64,000 nt of DNA from Planctomycetota bacterium (GTDB taxonomy: Bacteria > Planctomycetota > B15-G4). Below are positions 27,444-37,281 of the stretch, in pieces (the stretch's first letter is position 1; each line of letters starts with the position of its first letter). The stretch is from the NCBI GenBank assembly GCA_965248575.1, contig CBDFJQ010000002.1, forward strand, positions 1,568,001-1,632,000. The letters are read 5' to 3'. The position numbers and the translations under genes were made by a program. The notes under the pieces were generated by a model. The model had not been told where the DNA came from and ran no database searches. It was given only the letters and a program-made list of their open reading frames with translations.

Positions 27444-28363
27444 GCCTTGACCACCTTTCGCACCGCATCCCACATCTCGCGCTTCGCCTGAGCGGGTGCC
27501 TGCTCGCGCACGAGGCGTCGCCACTCCTGCAGCCCCCGCAGCACGGTCATCGCCTTGGCCACCAGGTTGCCGCGCCACCCGAAGTGCTTGCGGTAGTAGG
27601 CCAAGCGGTTCTCATGCCAAAGCTGACCGAAGTTCGGCACCTGCGATGTGCTCTTGCCCTCGTGATGAAGGATGGCGACCTCTGCGATGTAGGCCACCTT
27701 CTGCCCCACCTCCGCAAGGCGCTTGCAGAGATCCACGTCGTTGAAGAACAGCCAGAGCCGGGGGTCGAACCCACCGAGTTGGTCCCAGAGTTCCTTGCGG
27801 ATCAGGAAGGCCGCGCCCGGTGGCTGGTCCACGTCACGACTGCTGGCGTGGTCGAAATCTGCCATCATGTAACGTGGGATGACGGAGTTGCCCGGGAACT
27901 TCTTGTCGAACCATGTGTCGTAGAACACAGCCGTTCGCAGGTCGGGGAACGTCTTGCACGAATGTTGGATGCTGCCGTCTTCGCACACGAGACGCGGGGC
28001 GCAGGCACCGTGTTCGGGGTGCTGCTCCAGGAAGTCGACGAGGAAGGTGAGCACGCCTGGACCCACGGCAGTGTCCGAGTTGAGCAGCAGGAGGTAGCGA
28101 CCCGTGGCATGCTCCGCGCCCAGGTTGTTTCCAATCGCGTAGCCATCGTTGCGCTCGTTGCGAACCAGCTGGATCCACGGGAAGCGCGACGCCACCATGT
28201 CGGCGCTGCCGTCCTCGGAAGCGTTGTCCAGGACGACCACCTGCAGACTTTGCTCATCCCGCAGGGCCTTGAGCGAATTGAGGCAGGCGCGCAACAGACC
28301 CTTGGTGTTCCAGCTCAACACCACGATGGACAGGGTCGGTCGCTCGCCCGCAGGCTCCGTCAT
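27440..28363 (-). CDS. Glycosyltransferase family 2
   Basis: VVLSWN, LDNASEDGS, LLNSD, FNDVDLCKR. Confidence 0.92.
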   Translation of the reverse strand: MTEPAGERPTLSIVVLSWNTKGLLRACLNSLKALRDEQSLQVVVLDNASEDGSADMVASRFPWIQLVRNERNDGYAIGNNLGAEHATGRYLLLLNSDTAVGPGVLTFLVDFLEQHPEHGACAPRLVCEDGSIQHSCKTFPDLRTAVFYDTWFDKKFPGNSVIPRYMMADFDHASSRDVDQPPGAAFLIRKELWDQLGGFDPRLWLFFNDVDLCKRLAEVGQKVAYIAEVAILHHEGKSTSQVPNFGQLWHENRLAYYRKHFGWRGNLVAKAMTVLRGLQEWRRLVREQAPAQAKREMWDAVRKVVKA

Positions 28364-29559
28364 GCGTGAACGAGCTCGGCCGCCGCCGTCTCAGCCGTGA
28401 CCGGCACGGGCGCGCCGACCTTCTCCATGCACACCGTGCGCAGGACCTTGAGTGACCGGCGCTCCAGGAAGCGAATGTAGTACTTGGCCTCCACCAACCC
28501 TTCCCAGACCACCTCGGGGATCTGGAAGCGTCGGCTGACATCCAGGCGGCCGGCCGCGAAGACGAAGCCGGGGTCCACGGCGAGCTCGGCCACATAGGCC
28601 CCGCTCCCAGGGACATCGAGAACCGGCGCACTCTCGAAGGAACCCAGCTGCTCGACCTTCGCGAACTCATGCCCCTTGCCCGTGCGCCCTGAGGTGAAGG
28701 ACAGCAACAGGTTCGCCAACCACGCTCCGAGGAAGCCGTAGCGAGCCCTGAAGAACAGGCGCCGCGAAACCTCGTAGCGGCTCATGGCGGCCACGGGGTC
28801 CTGGCCGGCGCTGCGGTTGAAGAAGTGCGTGAGCTCGGCCTGGGGGCACAGATCGGTTGTGAAGCCTCGCCGATGCAAGCGCATGCAGAGATCGGCGTCT
28901 TCGAAGTAGAAGGGGTAGCGCGTGTCGAAGGGACCCAGCTCGTCGGCCAGGCTGCGCAGCATCAGGAAGCTGGCTCCCGACACCTGGGTCACGGGCACGC
29001 CGGTCGTAGCCGTCCATTGCTCGATGGCACGGCGGGTACGCGCCCTCGCGTGACGCTCGCCTGCACCCGACACGGCCCGGGCCAGCGTCTCCGAGAAGAG
29101 GCTGCACATCGACGGCTTCTCGTTGGGCGGCAGAAGGAAGAAACGTTGCGGGTCCAGGAAACTCTTGGGCCCCACCAGACCACAGCGCTGGTTGGACTCG
29201 AGGTGCTCGACCATGCGCGTCAGCATGCCGCGGAACATCATGACGTCCGGGTTGCTGATCAGCACGTAGTGCCCACGGGCGTGCTCGCAAGCCAGGTTCA
29301 TTCCGCTGGCGTAGCCCGAGTTCTGGCGCGAGCGCACGAGATGCACGTCGCGCTCTTGTTCCAGGGCGACGAGGTGCTGCTCCTCATCGGGCCCAGAAGC
29401 ATTGTCGACCACGACGAAGTCGATGCCTTCACCAGGCGCTCGGCCCGGCAGCCGTTGGCGCCGGGCGTTCTCCACGAGGCCACGGGTCATGGCGCCCGAG
29501 CGCCAGTTGACGATCAGAATGGTGATTGAAGCCATCTCGGATCCGTTTGCGGACATCAT
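28360..29559 (-). CDS. Glycosyltransferase family 2 with a C-terminal extension
   Basis: IVNWRS, VVDNAS, ISNPD, FEDADLC. Confidence 0.88.
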   Translation of the reverse strand: MMSANGSEMASITILIVNWRSGAMTRGLVENARRQRLPGRAPGEGIDFVVVDNASGPDEEQHLVALEQERDVHLVRSRQNSGYASGMNLACEHARGHYVLISNPDVMMFRGMLTRMVEHLESNQRCGLVGPKSFLDPQRFFLLPPNEKPSMCSLFSETLARAVSGAGERHARARTRRAIEQWTATTGVPVTQVSGASFLMLRSLADELGPFDTRYPFYFEDADLCMRLHRRGFTTDLCPQAELTHFFNRSAGQDPVAAMSRYEVSRRLFFRARYGFLGAWLANLLLSFTSGRTGKGHEFAKVEQLGSFESAPVLDVPGSGAYVAELAVDPGFVFAAGRLDVSRRFQIPEVVWEGLVEAKYYIRFLERRSLKVLRTVCMEKVGAPVPVTAETAAAELVHA

Positions 29560-30779
29560 TTCTGTTCCACGCTTGTAACGGCGAACTCGTGGGGACAAGC
29601 CACCATGCCGGGGATGTTCTCGGGGTTGAGCACGATCAGCGGACGGTCCACCGTCCGGGTGTCGTAGGCGTGCACAAAGGTCTCGTCGATGAGGTATCCG
29701 ACGATGCTGAACTCGCCGCTGGCCAACGGCAACTGAGGCAACTTCAGGCGACAGCGGTAGAGGCCGGGCTCGATCACCGCCAACACCCCGTCCATGTGGG
29801 AGAAGAGCGAGATGACCAGGATGTTGTCGTTGCGGAAAAAACCCACCCCGACGTGCACCGGCTGGTGGTTGTTGAACAGGCGGAACTCCATCTCCACCAG
29901 CACATCCTGGCCGGGTTGGACCGGGTCCGAGATCTCGGTCTCCACGCCGTTCTCGACCTGCAGCAGGCGGATGTCTTCCACGAGCGGGCGCCCCTGCCCC
30001 TCCATGCGCTCCTTGCCCATCGAAAGTGCGCTCTCATCTGCGGACATGGCGCGCTCATAGTTGGCGTAGGCCACGGTGACGTCCTGCGGCGTGCCGTGCA
30101 TCTCCACCTTGCCGTCCTTGATCCAGATCACCTCATCACAGATCTGGCGGACGTCGTAGAGGGAGTGGCTGCAGAACAGGATCGACTTGCCCGAGTTGCG
30201 GAAGTCGAAGATGCGGTCGACGCACTTCTTCTGGAAGTAGAGATCGCCCACCGCGAGGATCTCATCGATGATCAGCACTTCGGGGTCGATGGCGGTGGCC
30301 ACCGAAAAGCCGAGACGCATGATCATGCCTGAGCTGTAGGTCCGCACGGGCTTGTCGATGTAATCGCCCAGTTCGGCGAAGGCGATGATCTCGTCCACCT
30401 TCGCCTCAACTTCCTTCAGGGAGAAGCCCAGGACCTGGGCCGCGAGGTAGATGTTCGCCCGCCCGTCGAACTCGCTGTGGAAGCCCGTGCCGAGCTCCAG
30501 CAGACTGGCCACCGTCCCGCTCACTTGGTGCACGCCGCCTGTGGCCATGGACGTCCCCGCAAGCACCTTCAGCAGCGTGGACTTGCCGGCACCGTTCTCG
30601 CCGATGACACCGAGCGCCCTGCCGTGAGGCACTTCGAAGCTCACGCCATCCAACGCCCGGTAGGAGGAATGGAACTTCTTCTTCCCGAAGGAGAGCATCT
30701 CCTTCAAGCGATCGAAGGAGTTCCCGTACATGCGGTACTCCTTCACCAGGTCCTTGACGATGACGGCTGCGTCTGACAT
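29556..30779 (-). CDS. wzt: Polysaccharide ABC exporter ATPase with a C-terminal Wzt_C domain
   Basis: GENGAGKST, YSSGM signature, LIIDEILAVGD, FCSHSL; ~170-aa beta-rich C-terminal domain. Confidence 0.93.
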   Translation of the reverse strand: MSDAAVIVKDLVKEYRMYGNSFDRLKEMLSFGKKKFHSSYRALDGVSFEVPHGRALGVIGENGAGKSTLLKVLAGTSMATGGVHQVSGTVASLLELGTGFHSEFDGRANIYLAAQVLGFSLKEVEAKVDEIIAFAELGDYIDKPVRTYSSGMIMRLGFSVATAIDPEVLIIDEILAVGDLYFQKKCVDRIFDFRNSGKSILFCSHSLYDVRQICDEVIWIKDGKVEMHGTPQDVTVAYANYERAMSADESALSMGKERMEGQGRPLVEDIRLLQVENGVETEISDPVQPGQDVLVEMEFRLFNNHQPVHVGVGFFRNDNILVISLFSHMDGVLAVIEPGLYRCRLKLPQLPLASGEFSIVGYLIDETFVHAYDTRTVDRPLIVLNPENIPGMVACPHEFAVTSVEQK

Positions 30780-31750
30780 CAGACCTCGTCCGAGAAGCGG
30801 CCTTTGCACCGCAAGAAGAACGCGTAGCCGAGCCACTGCACGACCACGGCCAGCGCGCCGAACTTGAGCAGCTTGACCCAGTCGAAGGGGACCTTGCCGT
30901 AGGTCCAGATGGAGCGGTGCAGGTTCAGCACCGTCGCCATGGGGTTGGCCTGCATGATGTCGTTGATGCGGTTGACGTCCGCCAGCGCACTCTGCGCCTG
31001 CTCGAGGGAAAGTTGTGCGCCGGCCAGCACCTCAGCGGGCGTCGCCGCAGCAGCCTCGAGGTTCGCCACGTGGGCTTCCGCCATGATGAGCTCCGACTCC
31101 TGCTTCACGGCCACCGCGCTCAGGTCGTAGAACACGGGCGTCGTGAACATCCAGAAGGTCACGGCGACCGGCACGAGCTGCATGACGTCACGCACGAAAA
31201 TGTTGGCTGCAGCCAAGAACATCGCGATGCCGCTAATGAACAGGAACTGCACCACGATGATGGCAGGTAACCAGATCAGGGCCACGGGCAGGCTGCCGTT
31301 GATGGCCACCTCCATCGCGGCGAGCAGCGCGTAGCCGATCAGGAAGTACACGTGGTTCACCACCACCGAGTACGTCGGCAACAGCTCGCTCGGGAAGGCG
31401 ATCTTCTTGACCAGGTTCGCGTTCTCGAGCACGACCCCGGATCCCCGGGACAGGCTCTCGGCGAGCACCGTCCAGGGCAAGATGCCGGTGATCAGATAAA
31501 AGGTCGAGCGCCAGCCTTCGCCCGTGGGCCCGTGGGGCGCCAGGTCGTCGCTGAATCCGATTTTCAGGATGCGTGCGAAGACCAGGTAGTAGATGGCAAA
31601 CAGCACCGCCGGCTGGATCACGGGCCAGACCCGCCCCAACATCGACCCCTCCACGCGCGCCTTCAGCTCGCGGTGTACGAAAGCCATGAGCAATTCGCGG
31701 TACTTGAGCACCACGAAGGGCAGGCGGAAAGCGGCCAGGAGGGGATGCAT
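30779..31750 (-). CDS. wzm: Polysaccharide ABC exporter permease
   Basis: RELKARVEGSMLGRVW, NANLVKKIAFP, RDVMQ, TPVFY, NPM, FSDEV terminus. Confidence 0.92.
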   Translation of the reverse strand: MHPLLAAFRLPFVVLKYRELLMAFVHRELKARVEGSMLGRVWPVIQPAVLFAIYYLVFARILKIGFSDDLAPHGPTGEGWRSTFYLITGILPWTVLAESLSRGSGVVLENANLVKKIAFPSELLPTYSVVVNHVYFLIGYALLAAMEVAINGSLPVALIWLPAIIVVQFLFISGIAMFLAAANIFVRDVMQLVPVAVTFWMFTTPVFYDLSAVAVKQESELIMAEAHVANLEAAAATPAEVLAGAQLSLEQAQSALADVNRINDIMQANPMATVLNLHRSIWTYGKVPFDWVKLLKFGALAVVVQWLGYAFFLRCKGRFSDEV

Positions 31751-31897
31751 CGGGAGAGGAGCTGCAGCTCGCAGAGGCTGGGGCCGCGCCTGCCCTCGCC
31801 CGAGAGGGCTTCAGGGAGCGGGCACGAAGCGCGGCAGCATACCCGGCAAGAGGGCCCCGATGAACGGCTGGCCCTCCTCCGATCCGCCAGGAAAGCT

Positions 31898-32812
31898 TCA
31901 GGCCTCGATCAGACTCCGGGCCAAACAGCCCGCCCCCAGCAGCCCGGCTTGCTCGCCAAGCGTGGCAGGCACCACGGGGATGTCGCGGCGGCCGTGCCCC
32001 AGCGGCAGCTCAGCCACTGTTCTCCGTGCCACTTCCAGCAGTTCGGGGCAGCGCAGCCCGAGCCCGCCCCCCACCACAATCCGCTCGGGATCGAAGAGAT
32101 TCACGGTGATGCTCACCAGGGCGGACATGGCCTCCAGGGCGTCCCCCATGAGCAAGGCTGCCGCGCCCTGCCCGGCCCGCCAGGCGTCCAGCAGCCCGGC
32201 CGTGGTCTCCGCAACCCCTGCGGCCACAGCCCGACGGGCCAGGGCCTCCCCGCCGAGATAGGCCTCGATGCAACCGTCACAGCCAGCGGGACAGGGCTCG
32301 CCGGGGCGAAACGGAAGGTGACCCGCCTCCCCTGCCATGCCGCGCCGCCCTTCGACCAACCGGCCGTGGCTCACGAAACCGCCCCCGACTCCGGTGCCCA
32401 GGAAGAGGGCCGCCAAGTCTTGGCAACCTGCAACATCCGCCTCCCCCAGGGCAGCGGCATTCACATCGTTCACCAGCGCCACCGGGACGCCCAGCAAGTT
32501 GGCCAGGCCGCCCGTCACATCAAAGTCCGTGAAGCCCGCCATGGGCCAACTGCGCATGAGCCCGGCGGCCCGGTCCACGGTGCCGGCCATGGCGACCGCA
32601 GCTGCGGCTGGGCCCTCGTCAGCCCGGCAGAACCCCATGTCAGCCGCCTCGGCCAAAACATCCTGGGCGACCGTCAACAGGCCCGCGCTCAGGTCTTCGG
32701 CCGATGAGCGCGGGGTGGCGGCGGAGCGCGTGACCCGCAACTCCCCCGAATCGTCCACCCAACCGCAACGCAGCTGGGTGCCGCCTACGTCGAACGCCAG
32801 CACGGACGCCAT
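31898..32812 (-). CDS. ROK-family sugar kinase
   Basis: FDVGGT, NDVNAAALGE, GTGVGGG, GEAGH...CPAGCDGCIE. Confidence 0.9.
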   Translation of the reverse strand: MASVLAFDVGGTQLRCGWVDDSGELRVTRSAATPRSSAEDLSAGLLTVAQDVLAEAADMGFCRADEGPAAAAVAMAGTVDRAAGLMRSWPMAGFTDFDVTGGLANLLGVPVALVNDVNAAALGEADVAGCQDLAALFLGTGVGGGFVSHGRLVEGRRGMAGEAGHLPFRPGEPCPAGCDGCIEAYLGGEALARRAVAAGVAETTAGLLDAWRAGQGAAALLMGDALEAMSALVSITVNLFDPERIVVGGGLGLRCPELLEVARRTVAELPLGHGRRDIPVVPATLGEQAGLLGAGCLARSLIEA

Positions 32813-32819
32813 GGCGGAC

Positions 32820-35051
32820 CTAACGCTTCCAGAGGACGGGGCGTGCTGCAGCGCTCAGGATCGTGCTGCGATACCACTCGTCGAAGGCATCGTGCAGCGC
32901 CTGGGCCTCATCGGCCCACTGCAGCGCACCCTCGTCCTGGAGCAGGTCACGTTCCTTGCCTGGGCCCGGTGCGAGGTCCAGCAGCATGTCGGTTTGGAGC
33001 CGGCGGTCGCGATACAGCACCAGGCCGTCGCGGCGGCTTGCTTCGAGCTCCTGGCCCGTGACCGTCGGGTAGGGCATCAGCAAGGAGTGCGCCACCTGTG
33101 TGGAATCCCTCGGACCGAAAGGCGGTGGCGTACGCCCTGGCAGGTGCACGGCCGTCATGACCTTGCCCCGATGGCCGATGAGCTGGGTCACGTCCACCAT
33201 CTGGATCATTTCCTTCTCGACCACAGGCGGCACCGTGAGCTCGATCACGCCCGGCCCCGAAATGACGACGGGCACCTTGACCACCTCGTCGAAGAGCGTC
33301 TGGCCCTGGCCGCGCCCCAGGTGCTCATAGAACTCCTGGCCATGGGAACCCACCACGACCACGAGCGTGTTGTCGCGCAAGCCGAGATCCGTCAGTTCCT
33401 TGAGGAAGCGCCCCAACGCGCGATCCACACCCGCCACCTCGGCGTCGTAGAGCGGTCCCACTTCCAGCGCTACCCCCTCGGCTGCACCAGGGCGCGAGTC
33501 CAAGCTGCGGAGCCGCTCCACCAGCTCGATATCGAGCTCGTTGTTGACCGCCTCCAGATCGTCGCGCGTGGGCTCGTGAGGCGCCGTGGGATGCTCGAAG
33601 TGCAGGGTGAGGAACCACTCGAACTGAGCCGCCTCGGGCAACCAATCGATGGCCCGCTCCACGAGCGACGTGGGCGTCACATCGCCGCCGAAGAACGTCT
33701 CATAGCCGCGGCCCAATCCGGTGGCCTCACTGATCACCGGCGACGAACTGAAACAGGCTGTGGTGTAGCCCGCCCAGCTGGCTGACTCCGCGAGGGTGCT
33801 CAGCCGAGGCGACAACACACGATCGGGGCGCAACCCGAGCCCGTGGGTCAAGGGGTGCACGCCCGTCAGCAAGGTCGCCACATTGGGCAGAGCCCAGGAC
33901 GAGGGGGTGACCACGTTGTCGTAGCGCAGGCCCTCGCGAGCCAAGCCGTCCATGACCGGCGTGTAGGCCGGCAGGTAGCCGTTCATTCCCAGGCGGTCGG
34001 AGCGCAAGCCATCGATGACGACCAACAAGGTGTTCAAGCCGCCTTCCGGCTTGAAGGGGCGACGCAACCGCTCTTGGGGTTGCTTCAGCAGCACCTCTCG
34101 CACACCGACGAACAAACCATCGCCCCCTTCCAGCTCGATCTGCAGCTTCATCGGCTTGCCTGCCCAGTGGAAGAGATCGGCTTGGACCAGCAGTTCGTTC
34201 GCGGGCGGGACGCCCTCCTCGATCTCCGCCAGATGCTTGACCGGAACGGAGGCCAACACGAGGTCGTCAGCAGAAACCAGAACGTGCGCGGTGGCCGGCA
34301 TGGGCCCCGCCCCGAGCCTGGACACGTGCAGCACGATGTTCAATTCGCTGCCAGCGGGCACCGCATCCACGTCGAAGCTGCGCGTCAGCCCACTCTCCAG
34401 GGGTAGGCAGGCTGGGCCCGGCATGTTCAGCCGCATCGACTCGAAGGTGCCGGGTGCGCGCACGCGGTCCATGGCAGCGTCGGCCAGGAGATCCATCCCG
34501 ACCCCGTGGGCCGTGACCGGATTCTCCGTTTCATCGATGGGTCGGCCTTCGCTTTCCAGGACAACATCGGCCAGGAGCACGATCCCGAGGCCCGGGCGCC
34601 CGTCCCCATCGAGCGCCGCGATCTCGATGTCCACTTCTTCGTTCGCCTCGACGGGCAAGGTGACTCGGTGCTCGGTCCATGCGGCATCCGTGCCCGGGAA
34701 GGTCGCGACCTCCTCGCGCTCGCCATCGCTGCGCACCATGCGCACGGCCAGGGCAGGCAGGCCGTGCAGGAATCCTTCATGGAATCGCACCACGGCCTCG
34801 TCACCCGGCACGACCACGTGGAAACGGGCGACCTCACCGGCCCTCACCGTCCAGGCACCGCGGCTCTCATAGTCGAGAGTGACCTTATGACGCACACCCA
34901 GGTCGTTGTCCGGGGAGAGCCGGATCCGCTGATCCACCCGGTAGTCCGGCGCCTTCTGCAGGAACCACCAACTCAGCGAGACGACCAACAGCAGCACGAC
35001 CGCCGCCAGACGCAGCGCGGCGTAGACGGCATCCTGCTGAGACGTCCTCAC
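32820..35051 (-). CDS. Membrane-anchored sulfatase-like (alkaline phosphatase superfamily) protein with a degenerate active site
   Basis: N-terminal TM helix, beta-rich domains, then VVIDGLRSD, SWALPNVATLLTG, GSHGQEF, KVPVVI. Confidence 0.8.
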   Translation of the reverse strand: MRTSQQDAVYAALRLAAVVLLLVVSLSWWFLQKAPDYRVDQRIRLSPDNDLGVRHKVTLDYESRGAWTVRAGEVARFHVVVPGDEAVVRFHEGFLHGLPALAVRMVRSDGEREEVATFPGTDAAWTEHRVTLPVEANEEVDIEIAALDGDGRPGLGIVLLADVVLESEGRPIDETENPVTAHGVGMDLLADAAMDRVRAPGTFESMRLNMPGPACLPLESGLTRSFDVDAVPAGSELNIVLHVSRLGAGPMPATAHVLVSADDLVLASVPVKHLAEIEEGVPPANELLVQADLFHWAGKPMKLQIELEGGDGLFVGVREVLLKQPQERLRRPFKPEGGLNTLLVVIDGLRSDRLGMNGYLPAYTPVMDGLAREGLRYDNVVTPSSWALPNVATLLTGVHPLTHGLGLRPDRVLSPRLSTLAESASWAGYTTACFSSSPVISEATGLGRGYETFFGGDVTPTSLVERAIDWLPEAAQFEWFLTLHFEHPTAPHEPTRDDLEAVNNELDIELVERLRSLDSRPGAAEGVALEVGPLYDAEVAGVDRALGRFLKELTDLGLRDNTLVVVVGSHGQEFYEHLGRGQGQTLFDEVVKVPVVISGPGVIELTVPPVVEKEMIQMVDVTQLIGHRGKVMTAVHLPGRTPPPFGPRDSTQVAHSLLMPYPTVTGQELEASRRDGLVLYRDRRLQTDMLLDLAPGPGKERDLLQDEGALQWADEAQALHDAFDEWYRSTILSAAARPVLWKR

Positions 35052-35632
35052 GGTTCGCCCTCATAGGATTCGACGCGCGTGGCACCCAACGACTCGTCGC
35101 TGGCGCCGGGGCGTGAGTAGTCCGCGAGCAGCGCCCCCAGCTTGGCGGCCAGGAACTCCGCGTCCCCGAAGCTGTCCGGGTAGTCCTCCCAAAGCGATTC
35201 GTCGCGGGTGTCGATGGCCAACATGCCCCCTTTTCGGATGATCTGCTCTTGGACGCGCAAGCGCACGACGTACGCGCGCTCCCCCTTCTTGCGCTCGATC
35301 TCCACGTGCACCTTCCGGCGGGACGGGCCCCGCACCTCGCGGCGTGAGTCCCCGCGGAACCACTCGGACTCGATGCGTCCGGTGTCGGGCAGCCGCAAGA
35401 TCACATAGAAGCCCTCCAACTCGAGCAGATCGAGCACGGAGTGATACAGGTTCTGGTAGCCGAGGTCGTGCATGGTGACCTCGGCCCACCGCTCCCGGGT
35501 GGAGGCACAGCCCACGGCCAGGGAGAGGCTCAGCGCCAAGCCGAGCACCCAGGCCCACTTCGACGGATGGGCGGCTCTCAGCCCGGTACGGATCCCCGCA
35601 AGGAATGGCATCAGGTTCCATCGGTTCATCAA
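35048..35632 (-). CDS. Putative lipoprotein
   Basis: Hydrophobic stretch ending LAVG-C; overlaps the start of the sulfatase gene. Confidence 0.65.
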   Translation of the reverse strand: MMNRWNLMPFLAGIRTGLRAAHPSKWAWVLGLALSLSLAVGCASTRERWAEVTMHDLGYQNLYHSVLDLLELEGFYVILRLPDTGRIESEWFRGDSRREVRGPSRRKVHVEIERKKGERAYVVRLRVQEQIIRKGGMLAIDTRDESLWEDYPDSFGDAEFLAAKLGALLADYSRPGASDESLGATRVESYEGEP

Positions 35633-35766
35633 CCAGATCCTCGAAGGAGTCGCGTGAGGGCGTGAGTCTACTCCCTCGCAGAAGCTGATTCACGGGACGT
35701 CGAGGGCCACCTCGGGGTCGCCCTGCGCCCCAAGACCCTCACTCCGGCATCCGCTCCAGCTTTTGC

Positions 35767-37149
35767 TCAGCCCCGCTTCTGAAAGCGCAGGAGGAGGGGG
35801 ATCTCACCGTAGGGCAAGGCTTCCTGGAGGCGGCGAATCAGGAAGCGCCGCCAGCTGTCGTCGAAGAGCTTCGGCTCGTTCACGAAGACCACCAAGGTCG
35901 GCGGGTAGGTGGCCACCTGCGACGCGTAGTAGATCTTGCCGATGCGTCCGCGATCGGCCCGGGGCTTCCGGATCTCGTACGTGCGGCGCAGCACCCGGTT
36001 CAGCTCGCCCGTGGAGACGCGCTTGCCGGCCTGGTCGTGGAGCTCTGCGGCGAGCGCCAAGGTGGCATCCACGTTGATGTCCTCCGGTGCCGAGATGAGT
36101 GTGATCGGCGCGAAGGACAGGCTCGCCAGGACACCCCGCAAGTACTTCTCGTAGTCACCTGCCTGCGCCGTCTCCCGGGCGATGTCCCATTTGGTGACGA
36201 CGATCACGACCGGCAGCGCGCACTCCACGATCATGCCGGCGATCTCTTTGTCGATGCGGCCCACGTCCCTGGTCGCATCCAGCAGCAGCAACACGACGTT
36301 CGCGCGGCGGATCGCGCGGAAGGCGCGGGACTGTCCATAGAACTCCACGGAATCGCTGACGGTCTTGCGTTTGCGGATCCCTGCGGTGTCGATGGCGACA
36401 AAGCGGCGGCCTGCGCGTGAGAACGGCACGTCGACCGCGTCGCGGGTCGTGCCCTCCACCTCGGAGACGATCACACGCTCCTCGCCTACGAGTGCATTCA
36501 CCAGGGTCGACTTGCCGGCGTTCATGCGACCGACGATGGCCAACTTCACCACGTCAGCCGGCATCATCGGCATCTCGGTGTCCGTGCCCAGGCGCTCGAA
36601 GAGGTGCTCTCGCATCTCGACGGTGCCGCGCCGCTCCTTGGCCGACACGCGCACCGGATCGCCGAGGCCCAGGGTGAAGGCCTCGGCCACGCCCACTTCG
36701 TCCTTGCCCCCCTCCACCTTGTTGGCCATCAGGATGATGGGGCGCTTGAGGCGTCGGAGCTTGTCGGCGATCTGCCGATCCACGGGCGTGAGGCCCGACT
36801 TGCAGTCCACGACGAACAAAACGATGTCCGCCAGGTCCAGGGCCATGGCGATCTGCCCGTCCACCTCGGCCTTCAGGTCCTCGTTGTCGACCTGGCCGAT
36901 GCCCCCGGTGTCGATCAGTTCGATGGTGTGGCTGCCGTGGTCCAGGAGGAAGCTCACCCGGTCACGGGTGACGCCAGCCATGGGGTCTTCGATGGCGACC
37001 CGACGCCCGGCAAGCGCGTTGAAGAGCGTGCTCTTGCCCACGTTGGGGCGACCCACGATCACTACGCAGGGGATCCCCCCTCTCGGCACGATGACGTCCG
37101 TGGCAGGGAGGCCCGTCTCGGGCGGCGTGTCTTCAGGCGGAGCGGACAT
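35767..37149 (-). CDS. der: Ribosome biogenesis GTPase Der/EngA
   Basis: Two G domains (GRPNVGKS/DTGG/NKVE and GRMNAGKS/DTAG/TKWD) plus a KH-like C-terminus. Confidence 0.96.
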   Translation of the reverse strand: MSAPPEDTPPETGLPATDVIVPRGGIPCVVIVGRPNVGKSTLFNALAGRRVAIEDPMAGVTRDRVSFLLDHGSHTIELIDTGGIGQVDNEDLKAEVDGQIAMALDLADIVLFVVDCKSGLTPVDRQIADKLRRLKRPIILMANKVEGGKDEVGVAEAFTLGLGDPVRVSAKERRGTVEMREHLFERLGTDTEMPMMPADVVKLAIVGRMNAGKSTLVNALVGEERVIVSEVEGTTRDAVDVPFSRAGRRFVAIDTAGIRKRKTVSDSVEFYGQSRAFRAIRRANVVLLLLDATRDVGRIDKEIAGMIVECALPVVIVVTKWDIARETAQAGDYEKYLRGVLASLSFAPITLISAPEDINVDATLALAAELHDQAGKRVSTGELNRVLRRTYEIRKPRADRGRIGKIYYASQVATYPPTLVVFVNEPKLFDDSWRRFLIRRLQEALPYGEIPLLLRFQKRG

Positions 37150-37281
37150 GGGTCTTCGAGCAGCAGGAGGGCAGGAAAAAGAACAGGCGATGGCGAGGGC
37201 AGCTCTGCCCGGGCCGCGCGACGATACGGCCGAATGGGGGCGCGGGTCCACGGGCGGGCCAGGGATCTGTCAGCGGATCTC

